From positions 1 through 34,781 of the IMG/VR virus record IMGVR_UViG_3300036546_000175: a stretch of DNA of 34,781 bases; one strand, 5' to 3'. Made by a program: the position numbers and the translations under genes. This DNA is from a virus. Taxonomy: Duplodnaviria > Caudoviricetes. Shown here piece after piece: positions 8,626 through 16,725 of the stretch. Every line of letters starts with the position of its first letter. Position 1 is the stretch's first letter. A model generated the notes under the pieces. It did no database searches, was not told the DNA's origin, and saw only the letters and a program-made list of their open reading frames with translations.

Positions 8626-8961
8626 CTATTTAAAAGTGTACCACACGTTTTTATCCGTTGTCCATTCGATCAACGGTCGACTATTAAAATAACCCTGTTC
8701 TTTGGCAGAGGGTTTATTTTCATAAAGATCTCTGGTACAGGACACGATCTTTTCGACACGACCCGTTCCGTTACACAGTTTTTGAACTTTATCAAACAGG
8801 TCTTCTTTGCCCACATCGTTTAACCGAATACCTTTCACGTTAACGATCAAGAGGCGGTCTTTCTGAATAACGAATGCAGCGGGACGAGTGTGGCTAAAGC
8901 CGTCAGTGACAATCGACAACTCTTTAGAAACACCCGATCGTTTTTTCAATGAAAGAGTCAA
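8626..8961 (-). CDS. hypothetical protein
   Basis: 111-aa ORF, TTG start with AAGGT upstream, in operon context. Confidence 0.65.
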   Translation of the reverse strand: MTLSLKKRSGVSKELSIVTDGFSHTRPAAFVIQKDRLLIVNVKGIRLNDVGKEDLFDKVQKLCNGTGRVEKIVSCTRDLYENKPSAKEQGYFNSRPLIEWTTDKNVWYTFK

Positions 8962-8976
8962 AACACTTTACCTTTC

Positions 8977-9663
8977 TTATTCCTGACGAAATACTGGATG
9001 GAGATCCGATGGGAGGTATTCCTCGTCTGACGGTAAATGGCCATTTTCATTCGGGTACACGATCTGGAAAACCACAAGTTGATGACCTGCATCCAATACC
9101 GTAGGGATATACGGGGCATACACATTCACCACTTTGGGTATCGACACTTTCACTAACTGGACACGATCGCCCTCATCAAAGGTAACGATGGCACCATCCA
9201 AGTCATCTTTATCAATGCCAGACAAATTGACCAAAGTGTCGCGCAATACCTGGTGACGGTTTTCAGGGTGAGCGTTGTTAATGATGATCAAATCATACCC
9301 CAACGTTCGGGAGAGCCCCACTGTGTACGTCGACCCGTATTTAGTTTTAGTATCAGCCATTGTCGATACGATACTATAACCTTTTTCTTCAATCCCTTTA
9401 GTGACGCGGTTGATGAAATTCCTGTAAATAGCACCGCTCACCACATTGAGAATAATGGATCGTTTGAATGCCTCACGCGTAATTACCTTGGTTTTGTAGG
9501 ACCTGTACATTTTAATGACCAGGTCTTTTACCAGGTCGACGCCCTCGCTATCAAATGACTGACCCTTAGACTGGACCACTATTTGGTAGTGTTCCGGTGA
9601 CATCATTTCTTTAAGCGAACGCAGTGCAGCTGTCCAGTTATAGCGGTTACGTTTTTTACCCAT
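8977..9663 (-). CDS. DUF4262-like domain protein
   Basis: YTVGL....GYDLII and FQIVYPNENGHLP motifs; paralog at 15966. Confidence 0.65.
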   Translation of the reverse strand: MGKKRNRYNWTAALRSLKEMMSPEHYQIVVQSKGQSFDSEGVDLVKDLVIKMYRSYKTKVITREAFKRSIILNVVSGAIYRNFINRVTKGIEEKGYSIVSTMADTKTKYGSTYTVGLSRTLGYDLIIINNAHPENRHQVLRDTLVNLSGIDKDDLDGAIVTFDEGDRVQLVKVSIPKVVNVYAPYIPTVLDAGHQLVVFQIVYPNENGHLPSDEEYLPSDLHPVFRQE

Positions 9664-9700
9664 TTCTTTTTTTAACCTTTATAAATAAAAAAAATAAAAC

Positions 9701-9732
9701 AAAGGGGGGGATAGTCATACTAAACCCCCTTT
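9701..9732 (-). terminator. intrinsic terminator
   Basis: AAAGGGGG...CCCCCTTT stem followed on the minus strand by a T-rich run. Confidence 0.6.
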
Positions 9733-9759
9733 AAGTTACTTTTAACAGATCACATCCTA

Positions 9760-10563
9760 TTAACCTCGTTCTACTCCGCAGCTCCAGACGTTGAGGAAGT
9801 CACGGTCAACCGCCTCACCTGTTAGTTGACCACTTAACGCGTTAGATGGGAGTGGGGTGAGATAATAACTTTGTATGTTGTTCACGTGCTCCTGTATCTT
9901 ACTGTTCGAGATTCGGACAGTGTACAAGTTTGACTCCAATGTCAAGACGACGTCCGAATCGCTCGCCCCAGCTTTATCCAGAAGCACCAGTTTATCAGGA
10001 GACCCATTAAAATAATACACAAAGGGGATGAATCCCACATAATCCTTATTGGTGTTGACGGATTTCAAAGGGTCATTATAAGGCGCATGTAATTTTCCGG
10101 TGTGGTAGGGCGTTTTCTGATGTAAATCAATAGGAAAGGTAGTGTCACCTTCAATTTCCAAGGGGATGTGGGTTATGAGCCAGTCCGTGATATAACGATT
10201 GGCTTGTTCATAAATAGTCGCCCCTCCTATCACGTAAAACTGATCGGCTTCAATATACCGGCTATAACCGGTAGACCAATTAATCGCACGCTCAAGATCA
10301 TTGAAGACGTAGTAGTCGCCCATTTGAACATCCACGTAGTGTGGGGGATCAACTGGTTCATGTTCTTTACTGACCACTACGTTGACGCGTTTTTTGAGGG
10401 GACCGCCGGGGAGAGAATCAAACGTCTTTCGCCCCATCAAAACTATGTGACCCTCTGTCACATGTCTGAAGAACTTCAAATCGGTTTTGCAGCGCCAGGG
10501 GAGATCACCTTCGTTCCCAATTACACCATTTTTAGCTACCGCTACTATCCCTACAATTTTCAT
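9760..10563 (-). CDS. folA: dihydrofolate reductase with C-terminal extension
   Basis: IVAVAKNGVIG, LPW, DLKFF, MGRKTFDSLP, PLKKRVNVV, VIGGATIY and GDTTFP. Confidence 0.93.
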   Translation of the reverse strand: MKIVGIVAVAKNGVIGNEGDLPWRCKTDLKFFRHVTEGHIVLMGRKTFDSLPGGPLKKRVNVVVSKEHEPVDPPHYVDVQMGDYYVFNDLERAINWSTGYSRYIEADQFYVIGGATIYEQANRYITDWLITHIPLEIEGDTTFPIDLHQKTPYHTGKLHAPYNDPLKSVNTNKDYVGFIPFVYYFNGSPDKLVLLDKAGASDSDVVLTLESNLYTVRISNSKIQEHVNNIQSYYLTPLPSNALSGQLTGEAVDRDFLNVWSCGVERG

Positions 10564-10594
10564 ACCCGACTCTCCGAGTTAACTGTTGGTTGAA

Positions 10595-10888
10595 CTATTC
10601 AGCTGAAATAACGCGTACCGGCGGCGTTACACCAAACAAGTCTCGTTGGTTACGGCGTTCGTAACCTTTAAGGTACTGCTTTATAAGACTACTGTCCTTC
10701 GACGTTATAGGGAAACACGAGCGAGTGACATTGTGGTCACCCCACTTTTTAATTGTGACTAGTGCCACTTTTCCTAAATCCACCGCCGGTGAACTGGTTT
10801 CGATTTCGATAATCGCGGCGGCGCGATACATTTCCCTGAGAGGTATCCCTACCTCTTCAATCAGTTCTTTAGGGATTGTATAGGTCAT
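10595..10888 (-). CDS. hypothetical protein
   Basis: 97-aa ORF, AAGGA RBS. Confidence 0.75.
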   Translation of the reverse strand: MTYTIPKELIEEVGIPLREMYRAAAIIEIETSSPAVDLGKVALVTIKKWGDHNVTRSCFPITSKDSSLIKQYLKGYERRNQRDLFGVTPPVRVISAE

Positions 10889-10907
10889 TTCACTTTCCTT
10901 ACATTAG

Positions 10908-12137
10908 TTAATTGGATGATATATCCCAAGTAATGATTTTGTTTATGACACGTTTTCCACTGTTTTCATGAACGAGTGCCCGCATAACCGGTTTAATAGG
11001 TGCTGGGGTAGTTAAATGGAGTATACCGCTTGCCAAGAGTGCATATTGACCAATCGGTCCTGTGGATACACACTTTAGTTTCGCTGATGTCCAGGTCACA
11101 GCGACATTACTGGGTGATATTTCCATAATGCGCGTAAGTGGATTCAGCGTAACTGGGACATCGAAATCACCGAAGGAATGTGTGAACAAGCGCTTTCCCT
11201 CTAAACGTTTAGAATTGTCTTTATCCATAAATAACTGGTGTTGACCGAACTCACCAAAAAGCCCAACCTCATTTGTGTCCTTTATCTTCTTGTCTAACAC
11301 TTCCACAGGTATATGGTATCCGTTTAATGGTCCCTCATTTTTTACAATGTAATCATTTGTATCACCCGACCACTCCAGAGTGATAAGTGTGACGTCACAC
11401 ATTCTGGTTTTAGTCATACCGTTAACCTCTCCCCCCGCATTACTTAACGACCTTTTTTTAAAATCGGGTTGATCTTCCCAACGCATTTCTAAAAGTGTGT
11501 TTGGTGTCGCGTACAGAACCACCTTAGCTGATTTACGATCCCGAACCCCCATCAGGAGTACAGGGTAGTGCAGATCTTCTAAGGGAACCTCCTCACCTCC
11601 AACGATCACAGGGGTTCGCTCTGCCGGATAACCTTTATCCACCGTGTGGTTATCCAAGCTACAGTGGATGCGGTCCAATACCCCGATGGCTGCTTTAAGG
11701 TTTACCACCGAGTAAATTCCCTTAACAACCTCTGTATACGGTGTGTCGGGGACGTTAGTTAATTCGGCATCTACAGTATCTTTCCGTACTCTACGGAAAG
11801 GAATTGTCCAACAGCTGAGGCTCTTGAAGTCGTAGCTCCAATTCCGATAGCCAAAGTACAAATACCAGGCGTTGTCAGAACCATACTCTGTAGAGGACCA
11901 GACGAACGCCGTGGGTAAATTATGTACATTATCACGGCAATCGTAAAGGATCTGCAGAGCATCTCTATCGGGCATCTCATAGCCAATAGACTGGCAGTAT
12001 GTCACACCCTCATGCCAATCACACTCTTTCCATAGAGACTGAGGGGCCACAACCCAATACTCCGTATCGGTTATATGAAATACAGTGTCTCCGTTATCCA
12101 ATATCGTGCCAACATTAAAAGCTTTAGTATTAGTCAT
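10908..12137 (-). CDS. DUF1566-like (CLec-fold) N-terminal domain fused to an unknown region of about 290 aa
   Basis: W..G..YC...GY.MP...L and WSSTEYGSDNAWYLYFG...K....W..PFRR; paralog of 12915-13346. Confidence 0.8.
   Translation of the reverse strand: MTNTKAFNVGTILDNGDTVFHITDTEYWVVAPQSLWKECDWHEGVTYCQSIGYEMPDRDALQILYDCRDNVHNLPTAFVWSSTEYGSDNAWYLYFGYRNWSYDFKSLSCWTIPFRRVRKDTVDAELTNVPDTPYTEVVKGIYSVVNLKAAIGVLDRIHCSLDNHTVDKGYPAERTPVIVGGEEVPLEDLHYPVLLMGVRDRKSAKVVLYATPNTLLEMRWEDQPDFKKRSLSNAGGEVNGMTKTRMCDVTLITLEWSGDTNDYIVKNEGPLNGYHIPVEVLDKKIKDTNEVGLFGEFGQHQLFMDKDNSKRLEGKRLFTHSFGDFDVPVTLNPLTRIMEISPSNVAVTWTSAKLKCVSTGPIGQYALLASGILHLTTPAPIKPVMRALVHENSGKRVINKIITWDISSN
11808..11900 (-). repeat. DGR-like variable region, copy B
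   Basis: 31 codons aligning ungapped to 12987-13079; differences concentrated at codon positions 1-2. Confidence 0.6.
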
Positions 12138-12152
12138 GGTTAAGTCCTTCGT

Positions 12153-12506
12153 TTAAGCGATGTGGGCGTCGATACGAGTAACGAGTAGCTTAAGCGTATC
12201 GTTGCTTTCGAGTGCAAGAATTGCCTGAAGAGGTACCTCGCTAGAAGGCCATATATCGGGACCGCCCTCAATTTTAAGGTCGAGGTCAGGGTAGTCGGTG
12301 ATAAGCAGCCGATCGCCAGCTATGTGTGCGGTACCTAGTGACATGACCAGCGCTTGCTCTTCAGACATCCAGGTAGGATTGAGCTCCTCCAGGGTACGCG
12401 TGCCTAGGTTTTCAACCACGCCACCATGACGTGCCGTATCAATGAGCTCCTGAAAATGGTTTCCGGCGGGGGTATCTAACATCTCCACATCAAAGCTAAA
12501 CAGCAT
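12153..12506 (-). CDS. hypothetical protein
   Basis: 117-aa ORF, GGAGAG RBS. Confidence 0.75.
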   Translation of the reverse strand: MLFSFDVEMLDTPAGNHFQELIDTARHGGVVENLGTRTLEELNPTWMSEEQALVMSLGTAHIAGDRLLITDYPDLDLKIEGGPDIWPSSEVPLQAILALESNDTLKLLVTRIDAHIA

Positions 12507-12624
12507 TTAATCTCTCCAATTAACAACTATTAGTTAAATACGGTCAAGAAGGGGCTATGGAATTGTTGGGCTACCAGTGCCACGTGGCCCCGAACACTTC
12601 CCATAGGCATGATTGGCCACCAAC

Positions 12625-12888
12625 CTATCTTTGAATCCCCTTTACCCGCAGGCAATATTCCACAGCCGCAAATAAATCAACAAATCCGCCCACGCGCCGA
12701 AGTACGCCATCAGGAATCTCACCATACACCACCACATCAATGCGATTGTTATAAGCAAAAGCTTGAGCTAGCACCTCACCGGCTAATTCGATGAGGATAT
12801 CGGTGTCTCTATCTGTGAATACGACATCGTGGAACTGTCCATTTACCTTAACCGAATAAGGGGTTTTCGGAATAATGGCTTCACTCAT
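12625..12888 (-). CDS. hypothetical protein
   Basis: ORF track gives 12625-13020. The ATG at 12888 (MSEAIIPK) has a GGAG RBS and avoids overlap with the upstream gene. Confidence 0.7.
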   Translation of the reverse strand: MSEAIIPKTPYSVKVNGQFHDVVFTDRDTDILIELAGEVLAQAFAYNNRIDVVVYGEIPDGVLRRVGGFVDLFAAVEYCLRVKGIQR

Positions 12889-12914
12889 ATCACAATCTCC
12901 ATCTAATCTATGTT

Positions 12915-13346
12915 TTATCGATCGACAGGATACGCTACTTGCCCCTGTAGTTTTAGCTGTTTCTGGAACCTTCGGACAGGCACTACCCAGTATCTGTTGC
13001 GCTTGTTGCTGGCGTACCAATTCCCAAGGCCAAAGTCCAGGAGCCAGGCGCTGTAGGACTTGTCCTCGGTAGAGGACCAGAAGTATATTCCAGCCAGCAT
13101 GGTACAGCAGTGAATCTCCTTGAAAACATGGTCTATGAATTCAGAAGCATCGTCCAGTACCTGAAGTACATCTCGACTGGGCAACTCATACCCAATCCCT
13201 TGACAGTGGCGGCTCGCCCCTTCCCAAGTAGACACTTTCCATAGGGACTGAGGGGCTACAACCCAATACTCCGTATCCGTGATGTGGAAAACGGTGTCTC
13301 CATTATCCAGCAGTGTGCCAACCTCAATTGGTTTATCATTATCCAT
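12915..13346 (-). CDS. DUF1566-like (CLec-fold) protein
   Basis: TWEGASRHC..IGYELPS...L and FWSSTEDKSYSAWLLDFGLGNW...NKRNRYWVVPVRRF; AAGGAG RBS. Confidence 0.85.
   Translation of the reverse strand: MDNDKPIEVGTLLDNGDTVFHITDTEYWVVAPQSLWKVSTWEGASRHCQGIGYELPSRDVLQVLDDASEFIDHVFKEIHCCTMLAGIYFWSSTEDKSYSAWLLDFGLGNWYASNKRNRYWVVPVRRFQKQLKLQGQVAYPVDR
12987..13079 (-). repeat. DGR-like variable region, copy A
   Basis: Ungapped alignment to 11808-11900 with conserved third codon positions. Confidence 0.6.
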
Positions 13347-13382
13347 AGTTAACTCCTTCTTTTAAGTGATATAAGTTAATTT

Positions 13383-14294
13383 TCAAAGTTGTGTCAACGG
13401 GTGTCCCTTAGGGACAGTGAAACCAGAAGAGTGTTTATGTCCGCCCCCACCATACGCTTTGGCGATAACAGACACGTCAACATCACTACCGTTGAGTGAG
13501 TTAAGGCGAAAGACGCGACCTTTGTCACCATCGTGGTACGCTGCCACAAAACCGTGTGGACAATTTTGTGTTTCCAACAAAAGGTTATTGAGTTCTGACA
13601 CTATATACTTAGGTGTATTGGTGACAAAGACAGAGTAACCACCAATATTCGCCATATTCAACGTGTTGTCAATATGCCAAGTAATTTTCTTCTGGTCGTC
13701 ACCCATCAGTGCGTAACCCACTTCAAGGAGAATCTGTCTGCCCTCCTCGGTTCTGATACTTTCCCCTAGCCGATCCCATACTTTGAAATCAAAAAGGGTC
13801 GAGTAAAGCATACGCGTCACCGGCTGGGTGTCTTCGTGAGCAAACTTCCAAAGGTCGCGGTCACCAACATGGTTTATTAAAGGATGTCGCTCATTAATCT
13901 GTCCCATCAATTCATCCCAGGTAATCTGACAACCAGAGCGGTCCATGTCAAACACCAAATCTAAGTTAGATGGTTTGTCTACCCAACCCCCCAGTTCCTC
14001 ACTGGCCGATTTGTGGTGATCGTATACCCGCACTGAACGATGACTAGCGCACAGAGCACGAAGGGTGTCCCGAGGGAATGAAAAGTCCACAATGTAGATT
14101 TCACTTGCATAGGGTTCCAACGGTGGGAGTGGTTCCCCATACGTGATTGGTATAAACCTGACATCCTCAGGAGAGGTTATATCGAAAAGACCATAGTTTT
14201 TCGGGTCCATTTGTTTGAAATACATGTAGACTGTCCAGGCTGAGGCAAAACCGTCCAAACAATCTTTGTGGTACAAGCAATAAACTTTAGCCAT
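13383..14294 (-). CDS. DHH/DHHA1 family phosphoesterase
   Basis: YH.DC.DG, IVDFS, YDHH, RSG, DRDLW and GGGGH motifs. Confidence 0.92.
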   Translation of the reverse strand: MAKVYCLYHKDCLDGFASAWTVYMYFKQMDPKNYGLFDITSPEDVRFIPITYGEPLPPLEPYASEIYIVDFSFPRDTLRALCASHRSVRVYDHHKSASEELGGWVDKPSNLDLVFDMDRSGCQITWDELMGQINERHPLINHVGDRDLWKFAHEDTQPVTRMLYSTLFDFKVWDRLGESIRTEEGRQILLEVGYALMGDDQKKITWHIDNTLNMANIGGYSVFVTNTPKYIVSELNNLLLETQNCPHGFVAAYHDGDKGRVFRLNSLNGSDVDVSVIAKAYGGGGHKHSSGFTVPKGHPLTQL

Positions 14295-14331
14295 TTTGAC
14301 AATTCCTTTTTTACACAGTTATAATTCGGTA

Positions 14332-14652
14332 TTAGACAGGGCGGTAGCTCAAAACAATCCCCGAAATCCCTTTTCTTGATATTGACCCATTGACGTGAGT
14401 CCATCCTTGACTTAAGAAGAATCGCTCCAGGACGGCGAACTCGTCAGCAGTCAGGAGTGTTTCTCCCGAATGGGACATAAACGGGAATTCGAATCCAATG
14501 AAAGAAGAGTCCTTCAACCGATACGCCTCACGATCCTCGTCGCTACGAAGAATCTCATCGATCGTACTGATCTGATGTTTCACCTTAACGCTATTGAATT
14601 GTTCTTTGGGGAGAATGCTTTCAGGTACTACGTAATTAATATCCATTTTCAT
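14332..14652 (-). CDS. hypothetical protein
   Basis: 106-aa ORF in operon context. Confidence 0.7.
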   Translation of the reverse strand: MKMDINYVVPESILPKEQFNSVKVKHQISTIDEILRSDEDREAYRLKDSSFIGFEFPFMSHSGETLLTADEFAVLERFFLSQGWTHVNGSISRKGISGIVLSYRPV

Positions 14653-14662
14653 TGACTCTTAA

Positions 14663-15040
14663 TTAAACTAATCTAACAATGCCACTATAGGCACTACAAG
14701 TGAATTTACCGGTATTGAAATCAGGTACGTTCCGCCAACCCAAGAACTGCCCCAACGCTTCATTGGTTCGCATGTATACCTTATCACGGTACACCATTGT
14801 ACAAATGAAGTCATGTCCTTTCATGCTGTACGTTAAGACCAGAGGTTCATTCTCAAAAGCTTTAAGGAACTTCTTAGCCAAACGTGCCGAAAGGTATTCT
14901 GGGACATTAAACGCTGCTACAGTGAAAGGGTGGTACATCGGTATGGGTAAATGTAACTCTACCAGACTGCGCGAGTTCTCGATATGCCAATTAACCATGT
15001 CATCGCATGAGATAGCTGAAATTGTGTCAGGCATTTTCAT
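14663..15040 (-). CDS. stand-alone DHHA1-like domain, diverged paralog of the neighbouring DHH C-terminus
   Basis: VNWHIENS vs ITWHIDNT, and FTVAAFNVPEYLSARL vs YSVFVTNTPKYIVSEL. Confidence 0.65.
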   Translation of the reverse strand: MKMPDTISAISCDDMVNWHIENSRSLVELHLPIPMYHPFTVAAFNVPEYLSARLAKKFLKAFENEPLVLTYSMKGHDFICTMVYRDKVYMRTNEALGQFLGWRNVPDFNTGKFTCSAYSGIVRLV

Positions 15041-15051
15041 GTTTCTTCACC

Positions 15052-15849
15052 TTATACACGTTCCAGGAAGGGACGCCAACCGTAGTACGAAGACACATAC
15101 GAAGGAGCAGGCCTATACAGGTAAGAAACACCATCGCCACCGCGAATGACGCGGTAACTCCCTGCGGTTTCTTGACACCAGCTGAAACTCCCGTTAGGTT
15201 CGGGAACACGGAAATCGAGAATTAGGTCACTCTCGGAATACTGAGCTAAGTGTACAAAGGGCTCTTCCGACGCTTTGGTATTCCAAGCGTCGATATACGT
15301 GTCATTCGTTAACCGATAGAAAATACGGTTCCACTCCGAACCGTGCGAGTGGGGAACGTCGTAACCCCAGGCGTCTACCGTAGGGTCACTATTCGCTCCC
15401 TTAGGGAGACGAACTTTATAGAGTTGACCATTGATTTCTACGGTACGGTTCCCGTACACCACATTGACAGCGTTGATCTGATCCCAATAGATACTGTGTC
15501 GCAAAGTACGCTTTGCGATTAATAATTCGGTACCGTCTAACCCGACGTGTAGCCAGCCTGCGTCGGAGTGCTGAGCCACGCCTGCGGTTAATCCTATCAG
15601 GCTGGCTAAACCTTCTCCGTCGATTAATTCCTCTGCTGTAACCTCCCCGTACCAGTCCACTCCACCGTCACTAGCTATAACGGGTCGGCTAAAGAGCCCC
15701 ACCTCACCCACTCTGGTGGATTTGTGTTTAAGCTCCCCTGACATCAGCATCTCGCGTACGGTGTTCCTGTAATTGCGGTACTGTTTCTGAACCTCTTTCA
15801 AATAAAGATTCTCACGCTTTAACTCTTCCAACACCTTAACATCAGTCAT
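15052..15849 (-). CDS. phiKZ-type paralogous virion-protein family member with CLec-like C-terminus
   Basis: YGEV..EELIDG..LA..IGLTAG, GWL, LLIAK...R.SI.W, YKVRLPKG, SEWNR, SWCQE, RGG and terminal GWRPFLE. The ATG at 15849 has a GGAG RBS. Confidence 0.75.
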   Translation of the reverse strand: MTDVKVLEELKRENLYLKEVQKQYRNYRNTVREMLMSGELKHKSTRVGEVGLFSRPVIASDGGVDWYGEVTAEELIDGEGLASLIGLTAGVAQHSDAGWLHVGLDGTELLIAKRTLRHSIYWDQINAVNVVYGNRTVEINGQLYKVRLPKGANSDPTVDAWGYDVPHSHGSEWNRIFYRLTNDTYIDAWNTKASEEPFVHLAQYSESDLILDFRVPEPNGSFSWCQETAGSYRVIRGGDGVSYLYRPAPSYVSSYYGWRPFLERV

Positions 15850-15884
15850 CTTCAATCTCCGTAGATACTAGTGGATTCTTTTAG

Positions 15885-15910
15885 ATAATATATACTTGAA
15901 TTATTTTAAA
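15885..15910 (-). promoter_or_regulatory. phiKZ-type early promoter
   Basis: Minus strand TTTAAAATAATTCAAGTATATATTAT. Confidence 0.7.
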
Positions 15911-15916
15911 CTAGAC

Positions 15917-15950
15917 GTATAAAATAGAGACACCGCTAAAGCAGTGTCTC
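15917..15950 (-). terminator. intrinsic terminator
   Basis: GAGACACTGC-TTTA-GCGGTGTCTC followed by TATTTTATAC. Confidence 0.75.
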
Positions 15951-15965
15951 ATTAGCTAATCTCTT

Positions 15966-16694
15966 TTAAAACACGATCTGACCAAAGTCTACATTGTAGT
16001 TTTCATCGCCTGGAAAATGGCCGTTGGGGTCCGGCATGAAAATCTGATAGAACTGGGTATCTTCGAAAAGGTCCTTCAGTTCATCTGAGTCGTATGCAAC
16101 ACAACCATTAGCAATGACGGATTCACGACTCACTGGAATGATACGGGCATCGTATTTGATTTCTTCATCCACCTGGAAGAAACCTTTAAGGATCGCCCCT
16201 TCCCCGCCTTTAAGCTTACCTGAGAGAGTTTCGTCACCCCCCACCATATCAGCCACGCCAGCAATAACTTCGCTTAGGAACTGTTCTGGGGCGTTTGAGG
16301 AGACCACAAACTCAATCCCCTCATGGCCAGTCAAACCCATGGTGTAGACAATGCCGGGTACGTGCATCTGTACACCGTCATCTGTTTCTTTGGTTTCAGG
16401 TGGAATCACCATCCTGGAGATCTTACCTTCGTCAATTTCTTTGCGGATGACTTTGAACTTAACCTGACTATCAAAGAACCCTGCAATACTTGTAAGGACC
16501 GGGAACAGAGAGAGAAGATCTTCTTCAAAGTTCTCAGTCAAGGCAGTGACGGCGTCCGCCACAGTGAGGTCTTCGCCCCCCACAGTTTTGACGTTCTCTT
16601 CCAGGTTCTGTTTCAGGATTTCACCTACGGCGTCATCCAACCCCTTCCCCACCAGGTTACTGATCAGCAATTTAACTTCAGTATGGTCTGTCAT
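15966..16694 (-). CDS. DUF4262-like domain protein (acidic)
   Basis: YTMGL....GIEFVV and YQIFMPDPNGHFPGD. The ATG at 16694 has an AAAGGA RBS; the ORF-track start at 16742 overlaps nrdB. Confidence 0.7.
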   Translation of the reverse strand: MTDHTEVKLLISNLVGKGLDDAVGEILKQNLEENVKTVGGEDLTVADAVTALTENFEEDLLSLFPVLTSIAGFFDSQVKFKVIRKEIDEGKISRMVIPPETKETDDGVQMHVPGIVYTMGLTGHEGIEFVVSSNAPEQFLSEVIAGVADMVGGDETLSGKLKGGEGAILKGFFQVDEEIKYDARIIPVSRESVIANGCVAYDSDELKDLFEDTQFYQIFMPDPNGHFPGDENYNVDFGQIVF

Positions 16695-16725
16695 GTTCCT
16701 TTCCCCTTTTGTGTTGGCTATTCTA

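Noticed and set aside
12889-13020. N-terminal extension of ORF 12625-13020 with QQQAQQ, as a possible template repeat
   Set aside because: It is the alternative frame of the variable segment of 12915-13346, not a separate repeat.
13366-13387. TATATCAC promoter-like sequence upstream of the CLec gene
   Set aside because: Mismatch in the core and the upstream TT(C/A)A element is out of register; too weak to call.
10900-15900. A complete DGR (RT, Avd, template repeat) in the window
   Set aside because: No ORF with RT motifs, no AAC-rich copy of the variable segments found on either strand, and no clear hairpin after the variable segments.
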